In this document: piece after piece, positions 10,427 to 19,436 of the stretch
Layout of the letters: every line of letters starts with the position of its first letter
Numbering within the stretch: the stretch's first letter is position 1
Source: Solirubrobacterales bacterium
GTDB lineage: Bacteria > Actinomycetota > Thermoleophilia > Solirubrobacterales > 70-9
Assembly (NCBI GenBank): GCA_036276735.1
Contig: DASUOH010000031.1
Coordinates: 2,694 to 66,693 of the forward strand
Reading direction: 5' to 3'
DNA length: 64,000 nt
Notes under the pieces: model-generated
Told to the model about the DNA's origin: nothing
Databases searched by the model: none
Seen by the model: only the letters and a program-made list of their open reading frames with translations
Program-made: the position numbers and the translations under genes

Positions 10427-12208
10427 TCAGGGCTCGATCCGGGTGACCGTTCCGTCGCCGTTGTTGGCGACCCAGACCGCCGCCTCGCCGACCACCACGG
10501 CACCGGGGCTCGGGCCGACCTCGATCGGGTCGCCGATCGTCTCGCCGCTGGCCATGTCGATGCGGCTGACCGTGCCGTCCCCCGCGTTGGCGACCCAGAC
10601 GACGCTGGTCCCGGCGTCGATGCCGCCGGGCCGGTCACCAACGTCGATTGGCTCGCCGAACCGACTTCGAATCGAGGGATCGACCCGGGAGACCGTGTCC
10701 GTGCGGGTCGTCGCGACCCAGACGAGGCCGCGCCCGACGGTGAGGCCGGCCGGCCCGCGGCCCGCCGGGACCGGCTCGTCGGCTGAGGCGGTCTCGAAAT
10801 CGATGCGGCGAACGCTGCCGGTCGAGGCGCTGCTCACCCAGACCGCTCCGGCGCCGACGGTCAGCCGCAGCGGCGCCGCGTGCGGCTCGATGCCGCGCTT
10901 GTGGATCTCGCCGCCCGGGTTGATCGCGACGATCCCCCTCCCCGCCTCGTCGGCGACCCAGATGCGGCCGCCGCCGAAGACGATGGCGCCGGGCCGGCCC
11001 CCGACGCGGATCCGCTCCCGCCGCCGGGACACCGGCTCGACTCGGATCACCTCGCCGGTCCGCGGGCTCGACACCCAGATCGAGCCCTCGCCGACCGCGA
11101 CGCCGGCGATGCCGTCTTCGAGCCGCGTCGGCTCGCCCGCCACGTCGCCGCTGCGGGGATCGATCCGCCACAGCCTGCCGTCGCCGGCGCTCGTCGCCCA
11201 GACCGCCCCCTCCCCGACGGCGAGGCGCAGCGCGCCGCGTCCCACCTCGATCGGCTGGGATACGGAGACGTCGTCGTCGCCGAAGAGGAGCAGGGCGGTA
11301 GCGATCGCCGCGACGAGCACAACGCCCGCCAGGCCGAAGCCCCAGGCGGGCAGGCGGCGTCGCGCCCTGCGCTCTCCCAGCCGCAGGGTCGGGCGGTCCG
11401 CCGCCTCGGAGAGGACGGCGGTCTCGGTCGGCGTCGCGCCCTGGCGCTCGCGGGCCGCCTCGATCATCTCCCCGGCGCTCGGGTAACGCTCGGCCGGGTC
11501 CTTGGCCACGGCGCGTTCGATCACCGCGTCGAGACCGCGCGGCATCTGCGGCTCCGAATCGCCGGCCTGGCGCGCGAATGGAGCGATCCCGGTCGTCGCC
11601 TCGTAGAGGACGCAGCCGAGCGAGTAGACGTCGGCCGCCGGGCCGACCCGCGAGCCGCGCCACTGCTCGGGAGACATGTATTCGGCGGTGCCGACCACCG
11701 AGGCGTCGCTGAGCACGCCCGAGTCGCCGAGCGCCTTGGCGAGACCGAAATCCGTGAGGAAGGCGCGGTCGCCTTCGAGCAGGATGTTGTGCGGCTTGAC
11801 GTCGCGGTGGACGACGCCGGCCGCGTGGGCCGCGTCGAGCGCCTCCGCAACCTGGGCGAGCAGGTCGAGGGCCTCGGGGACCGGTAGCGGTCCGCCCACA
11901 GCGATCCGCTTCTTGAGATCGCCGCCCTTGACGAAGCGCATCGCGACGATCAGCTCGCCGTCCTCCTCGCGGGCGTCGTAGACCGGGACGACACCCGGGT
12001 GGTCGAGCCGGGCGGCGAGCCGCGACTCGCTCAGGAAGCGCTCGCGAAAGCCCTCCTGCTCGGCGAGGTGGCGGGCGATCACCTTCAACGCCACCGGTCT
12101 TTCCAGAGCGAGGTGGGTGGCCCGGTAGACGACCCCCATCCCGCCCCGGGCGATCAGCCCGTCGATGCGATAGCCGCCGAGCGTCGAGCCGATCGAGGGT
12201 TCCGCCAC
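10427..12208 (-). CDS. Ser/Thr protein kinase with TM segment and C-terminal beta-propeller repeats (PknD-like architecture)
   Basis: 593 aa; HRDVKPHNILL, DFGLAK, GTAEYMSPE; TM helix (GFGLAGVVLVAAIATALLLF); then about 7 repeats of about 41 aa (G..VWV....G.V.R.DP). Confidence 0.9.
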   Translation of the reverse strand: MAEPSIGSTLGGYRIDGLIARGGMGVVYRATHLALERPVALKVIARHLAEQEGFRERFLSESRLAARLDHPGVVPVYDAREEDGELIVAMRFVKGGDLKKRIAVGGPLPVPEALDLLAQVAEALDAAHAAGVVHRDVKPHNILLEGDRAFLTDFGLAKALGDSGVLSDASVVGTAEYMSPEQWRGSRVGPAADVYSLGCVLYEATTGIAPFARQAGDSEPQMPRGLDAVIERAVAKDPAERYPSAGEMIEAARERQGATPTETAVLSEAADRPTLRLGERRARRRLPAWGFGLAGVVLVAAIATALLLFGDDDVSVSQPIEVGRGALRLAVGEGAVWATSAGDGRLWRIDPRSGDVAGEPTRLEDGIAGVAVGEGSIWVSSPRTGEVIRVEPVSRRRERIRVGGRPGAIVFGGGRIWVADEAGRGIVAINPGGEIHKRGIEPHAAPLRLTVGAGAVWVSSASTGSVRRIDFETASADEPVPAGRGPAGLTVGRGLVWVATTRTDTVSRVDPSIRSRFGEPIDVGDRPGGIDAGTSVVWVANAGDGTVSRIDMASGETIGDPIEVGPSPGAVVVGEAAVWVANNGDGTVTRIEP

Positions 12209-12295
12209 CCCGTCGTTATATCGACGCCCCCGGGCAGGGGACCCGCCGTAGGTTGAGCACCCTATGGGTGCCTAATCGATGGCGGGTCCTTCCGG

Positions 12296-13402
12296 CTACC
12301 GCGTGGAGCGGGCCGGCTGCCAGGCCATCACCGAGCCGATCGTCGTCGTCGTTTCCCCGAAAGCGGAGGAGAAGCCGTCGGCGAGCTGGCGCTGACGGCG
12401 GGTCTTGACCGAGATCGCGGTCAGCGTCTGCCGCGTTTCGGTGCTCGTCTCGGTGGCGACGAAGGCCGCTACCTCGCGACCGTCCGAGGAGAAGACGGCG
12501 TTCGCCTGCGACTCGTCGGGCAGCTCGATCAGCTTGTGGGCGCGTTTCTCACCTCTGCGCGGCAGCGGCTTGACCCACAGCCCCTGGTCGCGGCGGAAGA
12601 GCAGCAGGCGGCCGTTCGGCGTCACGTCCTCGATGTAGGAGGAGCCGGCGCCCCTGACCAGCTCGCGCTGCTTGCGTCCGTCGGCGCCCATCACGTAGAT
12701 GTCGGCGTAGGCCTCGGGGCCTTCGCCGCTCGCGCCGCGGCTGTAGGCGATGCCGATCGCCGAGAAGCGCGGCGCGAACTCGTCGATGCGGCCGGTCCTG
12801 GTGAGGCGCCGCAGCTTCGCGCCGGAAGGGCGCACCGAGTAGAGGTCGTCGCTGGCTCCGGCGCTGCTGCGGACGAAGGCGATCGTCCTGCCGTCGGCCG
12901 AGTAGGTGACCGAGTAGTCGTCCCCCGGCGATTGAACGAGCGGCCGCAGTTTGCCGCCGCCGGTGCGGACCACATAGAGGTCCCGTGCCCCGTTCGCCAC
13001 GGCGCGACGCTCGAAGACGATCGTGCGACCGTCGGCCGAGAAGACCGGCCGGGTGTCGACCTCGGCGCCGCCGGTGACGGCGTGCTGGCCGGAGCCGTCA
13101 GCACGCATTGCATAGACGTCGCCGTCGCGCACGAAGGCGATCATGCGGCCGTCGGAGGAGAAGGCCGGTTCTGCGTCGGCCGGGTTGTCGGTCAGCTCGT
13201 TGAGGCGACCGTTGCGGGCCGCGAACAGGCCGCCTTCGGGCTCTTTGACAAATTTCTCGCCGCCCGGTTTCTCGTAGGTGCGGCTGTCCTCGGTGACCCG
13301 GGAGAAGACGACCGCCCCCGACGACGCGGCCATGGCATGGGCCGTCGAGAGGGCAAAGGCGAGGAGGGCGAGCACTGCGGTGAAGAGAGTTCGGTTGAGC
13401 AT
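12296..13402 (-). CDS. secreted TolB-like PD40/WD40-type beta-propeller repeat protein
   Basis: Start moved to ATG 13402 (MLNRTLFTAVLALLAFAL... signal peptide) preceded by AAAGGAAC RBS; repeated S[AS]DGR[TM]IAF motifs. Confidence 0.75.
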   Translation of the reverse strand: MLNRTLFTAVLALLAFALSTAHAMAASSGAVVFSRVTEDSRTYEKPGGEKFVKEPEGGLFAARNGRLNELTDNPADAEPAFSSDGRMIAFVRDGDVYAMRADGSGQHAVTGGAEVDTRPVFSADGRTIVFERRAVANGARDLYVVRTGGGKLRPLVQSPGDDYSVTYSADGRTIAFVRSSAGASDDLYSVRPSGAKLRRLTRTGRIDEFAPRFSAIGIAYSRGASGEGPEAYADIYVMGADGRKQRELVRGAGSSYIEDVTPNGRLLLFRRDQGLWVKPLPRRGEKRAHKLIELPDESQANAVFSSDGREVAAFVATETSTETRQTLTAISVKTRRQRQLADGFSSAFGETTTTIGSVMAWQPARSTR

Positions 13403-13512
13403 CGGAGTTCCTTTCGGATTGGGTGACGTTGCACCACCGATGCTCGCGCCCGGCGCCGTACGCGCAAACGACAGCGCTGCCGCCGACCGGGCCACCTTTG
13501 GCTCGCTTCGGG

Positions 13513-14094
13513 TCAGCGATCGAGGCCGAGCTCGATCACCCGCGCGGCGATCAGGCGGGGGCGTTCGCGCCCGGCGTCGCCCGGGATGCCGAGCTTGGCG
13601 GCGAGCGCGTCGAGGCGGCGCTGGGCGGTGCGCTCACTTACGTGGAGCGCCTCGGCGAGCTCGGCCCGAGTCGCCGGTCGACCGGCGAACGCGCCGGCGC
13701 TGCGGTAGGGCGCGACGAGCGCCGTCGCCGTCGCCCGCTCTTCCTCGCTGAGCGGCACCGACGGCTCCGTCGCGGCGACGGTCTCCCCGGCGCCGCCGGC
13801 GCCGGGGATTGAGACTTCCAGCCGCTGCGAGCCGACGATCAGCGTGTCGCCGTCGCGCAACCGCCGCGGCCGGTCGAGCGGCTCGCCGTTCAGGGCGGTG
13901 CCGTTACGGCTGTCGAGGTCCGTCGCCATCAGCACCCCGCCACGGCTCTCGATCTCCAGGTGGTGCCAGGAGACCGCCTCGTCGTCGAGCGGGACGCCGG
14001 CCTCCGGGTCGCGACCGATCGTCGTCGTCTCGCCGTCGTGCAGCGGGAACGAGCGCGGCTCGCGGCCGCCGGTCAGCCAGATACGGGCCTCCAT
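13513..14094 (-). CDS. FHA-domain protein with C-terminal HTH
   Basis: 193 aa; FHA core (TTIGRD..., SWHHLEIE, DLDSRNGTALNG); C-terminal ATRAELAEALHVSERTAQRRLDAL helix-turn-helix. Confidence 0.8.
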   Translation of the reverse strand: MEARIWLTGGREPRSFPLHDGETTTIGRDPEAGVPLDDEAVSWHHLEIESRGGVLMATDLDSRNGTALNGEPLDRPRRLRDGDTLIVGSQRLEVSIPGAGGAGETVAATEPSVPLSEEERATATALVAPYRSAGAFAGRPATRAELAEALHVSERTAQRRLDALAAKLGIPGDAGRERPRLIAARVIELGLDR

Positions 14095-14121
14095 CGCCGC
14101 CCGAGCATAGAGTCCCGGCCC

Positions 14122-14760
14122 GTGGGGACCGACGAGGAGAAGCGCCTCGCCGCCGAGGCAGCCGCGGAGCTGGTCGAGGACGGGATGACGGTCGGCTTAG
14201 GCACCGGCTCGACCGTCGCCCACCTGCTGCCGGCGATCGCGCGGCGCGGCCTGAGCGGGATCCGCTGCGTCGCCACCTCGGTCGCCACCGAGGAGCAGGC
14301 ACGCGGCCTCGGCATCGCTGTCGAGGAGTTCAGCGAGCTGGAGCGGCTCGACATCGCGATCGACGGAACCGACCAGGTGACGCCGGACGGCTGGCTGGTC
14401 AAGGGCGGCGGCGGCGCCCACCTGCGCGAGAAGATCGTCGCCGCGGCGGCGGATCGCTTTGTCGTGATCGCCGACTCGAGCAAGCCGGTCGAGGCGCTGA
14501 ACGCGCCGGTCCCGCTCGAGCTCTTCGCCTTCGGCTTGCGCGGCACGCTGGGCCGGCTCGGCCCCGAGGTGATCCTGCGCGATGCACCACGCAGCCCCGA
14601 CGACGGCGTGATCGCCGACTACAACGGCGCGGTCGCCGACCCCGCGGCTCTCGCCGCCTGGCTCGACGCCGACCCCGGCGTCGCCGCCCACGGCCTCTTC
14701 GCGCCGGAGCTGGTCAGTGACGTGCTGGTGGCACGCGGCGGGAAGGTCGAGTGGGCATAG
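14122..14760 (+). CDS. rpiA: ribose-5-phosphate isomerase A
   Basis: GTG 14122 chosen (tracked ATG 13960 overlaps the FHA gene); motifs GLGTGST, DGTDQV, KGGGGA. Confidence 0.85.
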   Translation: MGTDEEKRLAAEAAAELVEDGMTVGLGTGSTVAHLLPAIARRGLSGIRCVATSVATEEQARGLGIAVEEFSELERLDIAIDGTDQVTPDGWLVKGGGGAHLREKIVAAAADRFVVIADSSKPVEALNAPVPLELFAFGLRGTLGRLGPEVILRDAPRSPDDGVIADYNGAVADPAALAAWLDADPGVAAHGLFAPELVSDVLVARGGKVEWA

Positions 14761-14778
14761 TGGTACGATTTACCCACT

Positions 14779-15279
14779 TTGGCTTTCATCGTTGCGACCA
14801 AGCGTGGCCGGTTCGAGGTTCGCGAGTCCAATGCGACTCCTCGTGGGCCGCGTAGCCGCACCCTCGCCTCCTTCACCGAGCTCGACGACCGGGTCATCGA
14901 AGCCGCTCGCGCCAAGGCGTCGAAGCCGATAGATCGGGAGGATCTCCGCCGCGCCGCCAAGAAGGTGAGTGCCCCGATAGCGGCGCCGCCGGCCGAGCGC
15001 GCCGCGCGGGCGCTGATCGCGGAGCTCGGCAAAGGCCGCGCCCTCGACCCGACCCTGCGGCGCATCCTGCTCGACTTGCTAGAGCGGGGTCGTCGAGACG
15101 GGCGGCAACCGTCCCAGTGGCACGAGGCTGCCCACGAGGTCGCCGAGTGGATGGCGGCCACCCCGGCGGAGAAAGGCAGGGCGCTGGTCGACCTGCTGCT
15201 CCTCGCCGACGCGCTGCCCTCGGGGGGTCGACACGGGAAGCCCCTCTCCTTCCCACGACTCGATTCGACCGACCGATGA
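14779..15279 (+). CDS. hypothetical protein, upstream partner of nucleotidyltransferase
   Basis: 166-aa ORF (TTG start), coding-like composition; stop overlaps next start (ATGA at 15276-15279); no domain recognised. Confidence 0.5.
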   Translation: MAFIVATKRGRFEVRESNATPRGPRSRTLASFTELDDRVIEAARAKASKPIDREDLRRAAKKVSAPIAAPPAERAARALIAELGKGRALDPTLRRILLDLLERGRRDGRQPSQWHEAAHEVAEWMAATPAEKGRALVDLLLLADALPSGGRHGKPLSFPRLDSTDR

Positions 15280-15869
15280 CCCCGGATCCACGTCCGCTCA
15301 CCCTCAGCGAGGAGCCGCCGCTGCCCGACAAGGTGATCGCGGTCCACGAAGCGCTGACCGCCGCGCGCATCCGGCACGCCGTCGGCGGCGCGATCGCCCT
15401 CGCCTACTACGCCGAGCCGCGGGCGACGATCGACATCGACCTCAACCTCTTTCTCCCCGTCACCGCCTGGCGGGAGGCGATCGACGCGCTGGCCGAGATC
15501 GGGGTCGAGACCGGCGATCTCGACCCGGCGGCGCTGGAGCGCGACGGCCAATGCCGGCTCTGGTGGGGCGACAACCCGGTCGACCTCTTCTTCGCTTATG
15601 CGCCGATCCACGAGGAGATGCGGAAGGCCGTGCGCCGCGTGCCGTTCTCCGGAATCTCCCTTCCGATCCTCGCGCCCGAGCACCTTGCCGTCTGCAAGGC
15701 GATGTTCGACCGGCGCAAGGATTGGTTGGACCTCGAAAAGATGCTGATCGCAGACGATCTCGACCTCGACGCGGTCGAAGCGTGGCTGCAACGGATGGTC
15801 GGCGAGGGCGACGAGCGGCTGGCGCGGCTGGCCGAGGTCAAGGCCGAGTTGGCCGCCTCGCCGGGCTAG
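15276..15869 (+). CDS. minimal nucleotidyltransferase-fold protein (AbiEii/DUF1814-like)
   Basis: Start ATG 15276 (MTPDPRPL...); NTase signature VGGAIALAYYAEPRATIDIDLN (GG-x-R-x-T-x-DxD). Confidence 0.7.
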   Translation: MTPDPRPLTLSEEPPLPDKVIAVHEALTAARIRHAVGGAIALAYYAEPRATIDIDLNLFLPVTAWREAIDALAEIGVETGDLDPAALERDGQCRLWWGDNPVDLFFAYAPIHEEMRKAVRRVPFSGISLPILAPEHLAVCKAMFDRRKDWLDLEKMLIADDLDLDAVEAWLQRMVGEGDERLARLAEVKAELAASPG

Positions 15870-16540
15870 GCGCCTCCTGCAGCCGCCTCGTCGGCAACCA
15901 CGGTCATCGCCTCGTTCTCGACCCGGCCGGCGGGGATCGAGCGGTCGCCGGCGCGCAGCTTCGCGAGCGGCTCGCGGACCTTCTCGCCCAGGGTGAGCCA
16001 GAGGACCTTGCGGGCCGCCGCCAGCTCGGGGAAGGTCAGCGTCATGCGGCGGTGCCCCTCGTACTCGCCGGCGGTGACGGCGACGCGGCGATCGTCCACC
16101 TCGAGGACCGGATCGCCAGGCACCAGCGAGGCGGTGTGGCCATCAGGTCCCAAGCCGAGGTGGACGAGGTCGAGCCGTTCGGGCAGCTGCTCGGCGTACC
16201 CGGTGGCGGCCGCGTCGAGGTCTCGAGTTGTGACCGGCATCGGCTTCAGGCCGGACTGGTGAGACAGGGCGAGCATCTGGATTAGGTGCGTGAGGTTGCG
16301 GGCCTCGTCGCCGGGGGGCGCGACCCGCTCGTCGACCTGGTAGATCCGCGTCCGCTCCCACGGCATCTCGACGATGTCGCCGAGCAGAGCCACCATCCGC
16401 CAGGGGCTCTTGCCGCCGCTTAACGCCAGGGTGAACTCGCCGCGCTCGGCGACCGCGTCCTGGCCCGCCGCAGCGATCAGCTCGGCGGCGCGCCGGGAGG
16501 CAGCGTCGGCGTCCGGAAAGACCTCGGTCTCGATTGACAT
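15866..16540 (-). CDS. pgl: 6-phosphogluconolactonase
   Basis: 224 aa; FTLALSGGKSP and QVDERV motifs; sits next to gnd and zwf. Confidence 0.9.
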   Translation of the reverse strand: MSIETEVFPDADAASRRAAELIAAAGQDAVAERGEFTLALSGGKSPWRMVALLGDIVEMPWERTRIYQVDERVAPPGDEARNLTHLIQMLALSHQSGLKPMPVTTRDLDAAATGYAEQLPERLDLVHLGLGPDGHTASLVPGDPVLEVDDRRVAVTAGEYEGHRRMTLTFPELAAARKVLWLTLGEKVREPLAKLRAGDRSIPAGRVENEAMTVVADEAAAGGA

Positions 16541-16558
16541 CCGCTGCCCGCTCGTCGC

Positions 16559-17575
16559 CTAATGCGACTTCTCTTGGTGGCCGCCGAACTGCTTGCGCAT
16601 CGCAGAGAGCACCTTGTCGGCGAAGTCGTCGAGGTCGCGCGAGGCGAAGCGCTCGTACAGCGCCGCGGTGAGGACCGGCGCCGGCACGCCCTCGTCGATC
16701 GCCGCGATCGAGGTCCAGCGGCCCTCGCCCGAGTCGGAGACGCGGCCCTCGAACTCGGCGAGGTCGGGCGATTCGCGCAGCGCCGCCGCGGTCAGGTCGA
16801 GCAGCCAGGAGCCGACCACGCTGCCGCGCCGCCAGACCTCGGCCACCTCGGCGACGTCGATGTCGTAGCGGTAGTACTCGGGGTGGTCGAGCGGCGCCGT
16901 CTCGGCGTCGGCCTCGCGCTCGACCTTGCCGGCGTCGGCGTTGTGGAGGATGTTGAGGCCCTCGGCGTAGGCCGCCATCAATCCGTACTCGATCCCGTTG
17001 TGGACCATCTTCACGAAGTGGCCGGCGCCGTTGGGGCCGCAGTGCAGGTAGCCGCGCTCGGCTGGCGAGGGATCCCCCTCGCGCCCCGGCGTCCGGGCCG
17101 CCGCCTCGACACCGGGCGCCAGTGAGGCGAAGATCGGCTCAAGCCGCGCGACGGCCTCGTCCGGGCCGCCGATCATCAGGCAGTAGCCGCGCTCGAGGCC
17201 GAAGACGCCGCCGCTCGTCCCGCAGTCGACCAGGTCGATGCCGTGCTCGCGCAGCTTCTCGGCGCGGTGGATGTCGTCGCGGTAGTAGGAGTTGCCGCCG
17301 TCGACGATCGCGTCGCCCGTCTCCAGGACCTCAGCGAGATCGTCGATCGTCTGCCCGGTGATCTCGCCCGCGGGGACCATCACCCAGACGCCGCGCGGGG
17401 CGCTCAGCTTGGCGGCGAGCTCCTGCAGCGATCCAGCCGGGTCGGCTCCCTCCTCGGCGAGCGCCGCAACCGCGTCGGGGTTGACGTCGTAGGCGACGAT
17501 GCGGTGCCCGTCCCCGATCAGGCGGCGCGCCATGTTGGCGCCCATGCGCCCCAGTCCGACCAGTCCCAGCTCCAT
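16559..17575 (-). CDS. gnd: 6-phosphogluconate dehydrogenase (decarboxylating, short form)
   Basis: Start set at MELGLVGLGRMGANMARRL (Rossmann GxGxxG); rest typical of Gnd-like proteins (GHFVKMVHNGIEYG). Confidence 0.9.
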   Translation of the reverse strand: MELGLVGLGRMGANMARRLIGDGHRIVAYDVNPDAVAALAEEGADPAGSLQELAAKLSAPRGVWVMVPAGEITGQTIDDLAEVLETGDAIVDGGNSYYRDDIHRAEKLREHGIDLVDCGTSGGVFGLERGYCLMIGGPDEAVARLEPIFASLAPGVEAAARTPGREGDPSPAERGYLHCGPNGAGHFVKMVHNGIEYGLMAAYAEGLNILHNADAGKVEREADAETAPLDHPEYYRYDIDVAEVAEVWRRGSVVGSWLLDLTAAALRESPDLAEFEGRVSDSGEGRWTSIAAIDEGVPAPVLTAALYERFASRDLDDFADKVLSAMRKQFGGHQEKSH

Positions 17576-17637
17576 CGGTTGGACAATCCTATGCGTCCCC
17601 CCTCCACCCACCTCGCGTCCCTATAGCCTGGCCCGCG

Positions 17638-19071
17638 ATGGCCGCGAGCGCGAGAGCTTTGAATGGCGCCGCCCCCGCCGATGTCCTGACGATCTTCGGC
17701 CTGACCGGCGACCTGGCCCGCAAAATGACCTTCCGCGCCCTCTATCGGCTGGAGGCGCGCAAGATGCTCCACTGCCCGATCGTCGGCGTCGCAATCGACG
17801 AGTGGGACGACGAGGCGCTGCGTCGCCATGCGAGGGAGGCGATCTCGGCCACGGTCGGCAGCCCCGACGAGGACGTCTTCTCCCGGCTCGCCTCCCGCCT
17901 CTCCTACGTGCAGGGCGACTACGCCGACCCGGCGACCTACGAGCGCGTCCAGACGACGATCGGCGACGCCAAGCAGCCGGTCTTCTACCTGGAGGTGCCG
18001 CCGTCGCTCTTCGCCACCGTGGTGCGTGGGCTCGACGAGGCCGGGCTCGCCGCCGGCGCCCGCGTCGTGGTCGAGAAGCCCTTCGGCCACGACCTCGAGT
18101 CGGCGCGCGAGCTGAACGCGGAGCTGCACAGCGTCCTGCGCGAGGACCAGATCATGCGGATCGACCACTTCCTGGGCAAGGAGCCGGTGATGGACATCTC
18201 CTACCTGCGCTTTGCCAACTCGCTGCTGGAGCCGGTCTGGGACCGCCACCAGGTCGCCTACGTGCAGATGACGATGGCCGAGGACTTCGGCGTCGAGGAC
18301 CGCGGCCGCTTCTACGACCCGGTCGGGGCGCTGCGCGACGTCGTTCAGAACCACATCCTGCAGGTGCTGGCGCTGGTCGCGATGGAGCCGCCGGCCGGCA
18401 ACCACCCCGACTCGGTGCGCGACAAGAAGCTGGAGCTGTTCAAGGCGATCCGTCCCGCTGACCCGGGGCGCTACGTACGTGGCCAATACGAGGGGTACCG
18501 CGAGGTCGACGGCGTCGCCGCCGACTCGACCACCGAGACCTACGTGGCGCTGGAGTTGGCGATCGACAACTGGCGCTGGAGCGGCGTGCCCTTCTTCGTC
18601 CGCGCCGGCAAGGCGATGCCTGTCAAGGCGACGGAGGTGAGCGTCGTCTTCAAGCGGCCACCGCCGCTCGGCGTAGGTGGGGGCCCTAGTCCTGGCCAGA
18701 ACGAGATGACGATCAGAATCGACCCGCAGCCCGGCGCCCGCCTGCGGCTGCTCGCCAAGAAGGCCGGCGAGGACGCCTTCGAGCCCGCCGACCTGGAGGT
18801 CCTGTTCGAAAAGAAACCCGGCGAAGAGCCGGAGCCCTACGAGCGGCTTCTAGCCGATGCCCTCGCAGGCGACGCGCAGCTCTTCACCCGCGAGGAGTCG
18901 ATCGAGGAGACGTGGCGCATCGTGCAGCCGCTGCTGGACGAGCCGGGGCCGATCCACGCCTACGAGCAGGGTTCCTGGGGCCCACAGGCAGCGGACAAGC
19001 TGACGCGCGGGGTCTGCCGTTGGTATGAGCCGTGGCTTCCCGTGCGCAGCCTGCCGAGCGTACCCAGCTAG
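17638..19071 (+). CDS. zwf: glucose-6-phosphate 1-dehydrogenase
   Basis: 477 aa; FGLTGDLA, EKPFGHDL, RIDHFLGKE signatures. Confidence 0.95.
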   Translation: MAASARALNGAAPADVLTIFGLTGDLARKMTFRALYRLEARKMLHCPIVGVAIDEWDDEALRRHAREAISATVGSPDEDVFSRLASRLSYVQGDYADPATYERVQTTIGDAKQPVFYLEVPPSLFATVVRGLDEAGLAAGARVVVEKPFGHDLESARELNAELHSVLREDQIMRIDHFLGKEPVMDISYLRFANSLLEPVWDRHQVAYVQMTMAEDFGVEDRGRFYDPVGALRDVVQNHILQVLALVAMEPPAGNHPDSVRDKKLELFKAIRPADPGRYVRGQYEGYREVDGVAADSTTETYVALELAIDNWRWSGVPFFVRAGKAMPVKATEVSVVFKRPPPLGVGGGPSPGQNEMTIRIDPQPGARLRLLAKKAGEDAFEPADLEVLFEKKPGEEPEPYERLLADALAGDAQLFTREESIEETWRIVQPLLDEPGPIHAYEQGSWGPQAADKLTRGVCRWYEPWLPVRSLPSVPS

Positions 19072-19073
19072 CC

Positions 19074-19343
19074 CTACCCCTCAACCTCGCGCTCGCGGCG
19101 GGTGGCCCGCTCCTCATCGAGCTCCGCCTCCACCTGGGACCGCTTGGCGCGCTCCTCCGCGATCGCGGCCTCGGTGCGCTTCTCCTCCGCCCGCTCGCGA
19201 TGGTGACGTGCGTCGTCGTGCGTGGCCTCAGTCTGCACCTGGGCGAACTCGCGGTCGTGGGACTTACGGCGGCTGGCCGATATGACCAGGGCGAGAACGA
19301 TCAGGACGACAACGACTATTGCGATGATCGCCAGCGTGGACAT
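19074..19343 (-). CDS. small membrane-anchored protein with highly charged tail
   Basis: Start ATG 19343 preceded by GGAGGAGAG RBS; MSTLAIIAIVVVVLIVLALVI TM helix then R/E-rich helix. Confidence 0.6.
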   Translation of the reverse strand: MSTLAIIAIVVVVLIVLALVISASRRKSHDREFAQVQTEATHDDARHHRERAEEKRTEAAIAEERAKRSQVEAELDEERATRREREVEG

Positions 19344-19436
19344 CTCTCCTCCTTGTCTTGGTGACGGTCTTCGTCTCCCCCGCAATACCGCCCGGGAAAC
19401 CTGACCCGCGTCCCCGCTCGGGCGTACCCTGCGGCG

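Noticed and set aside
12209-12295. Short palindromes CGTCGTTATATCGACG and GCACCCTATGGGTGC in the kinase upstream spacer
   Set aside because: The stems are only 5-6 bp. They could be a weak terminator or operator, but they are too short to distinguish from chance without data.
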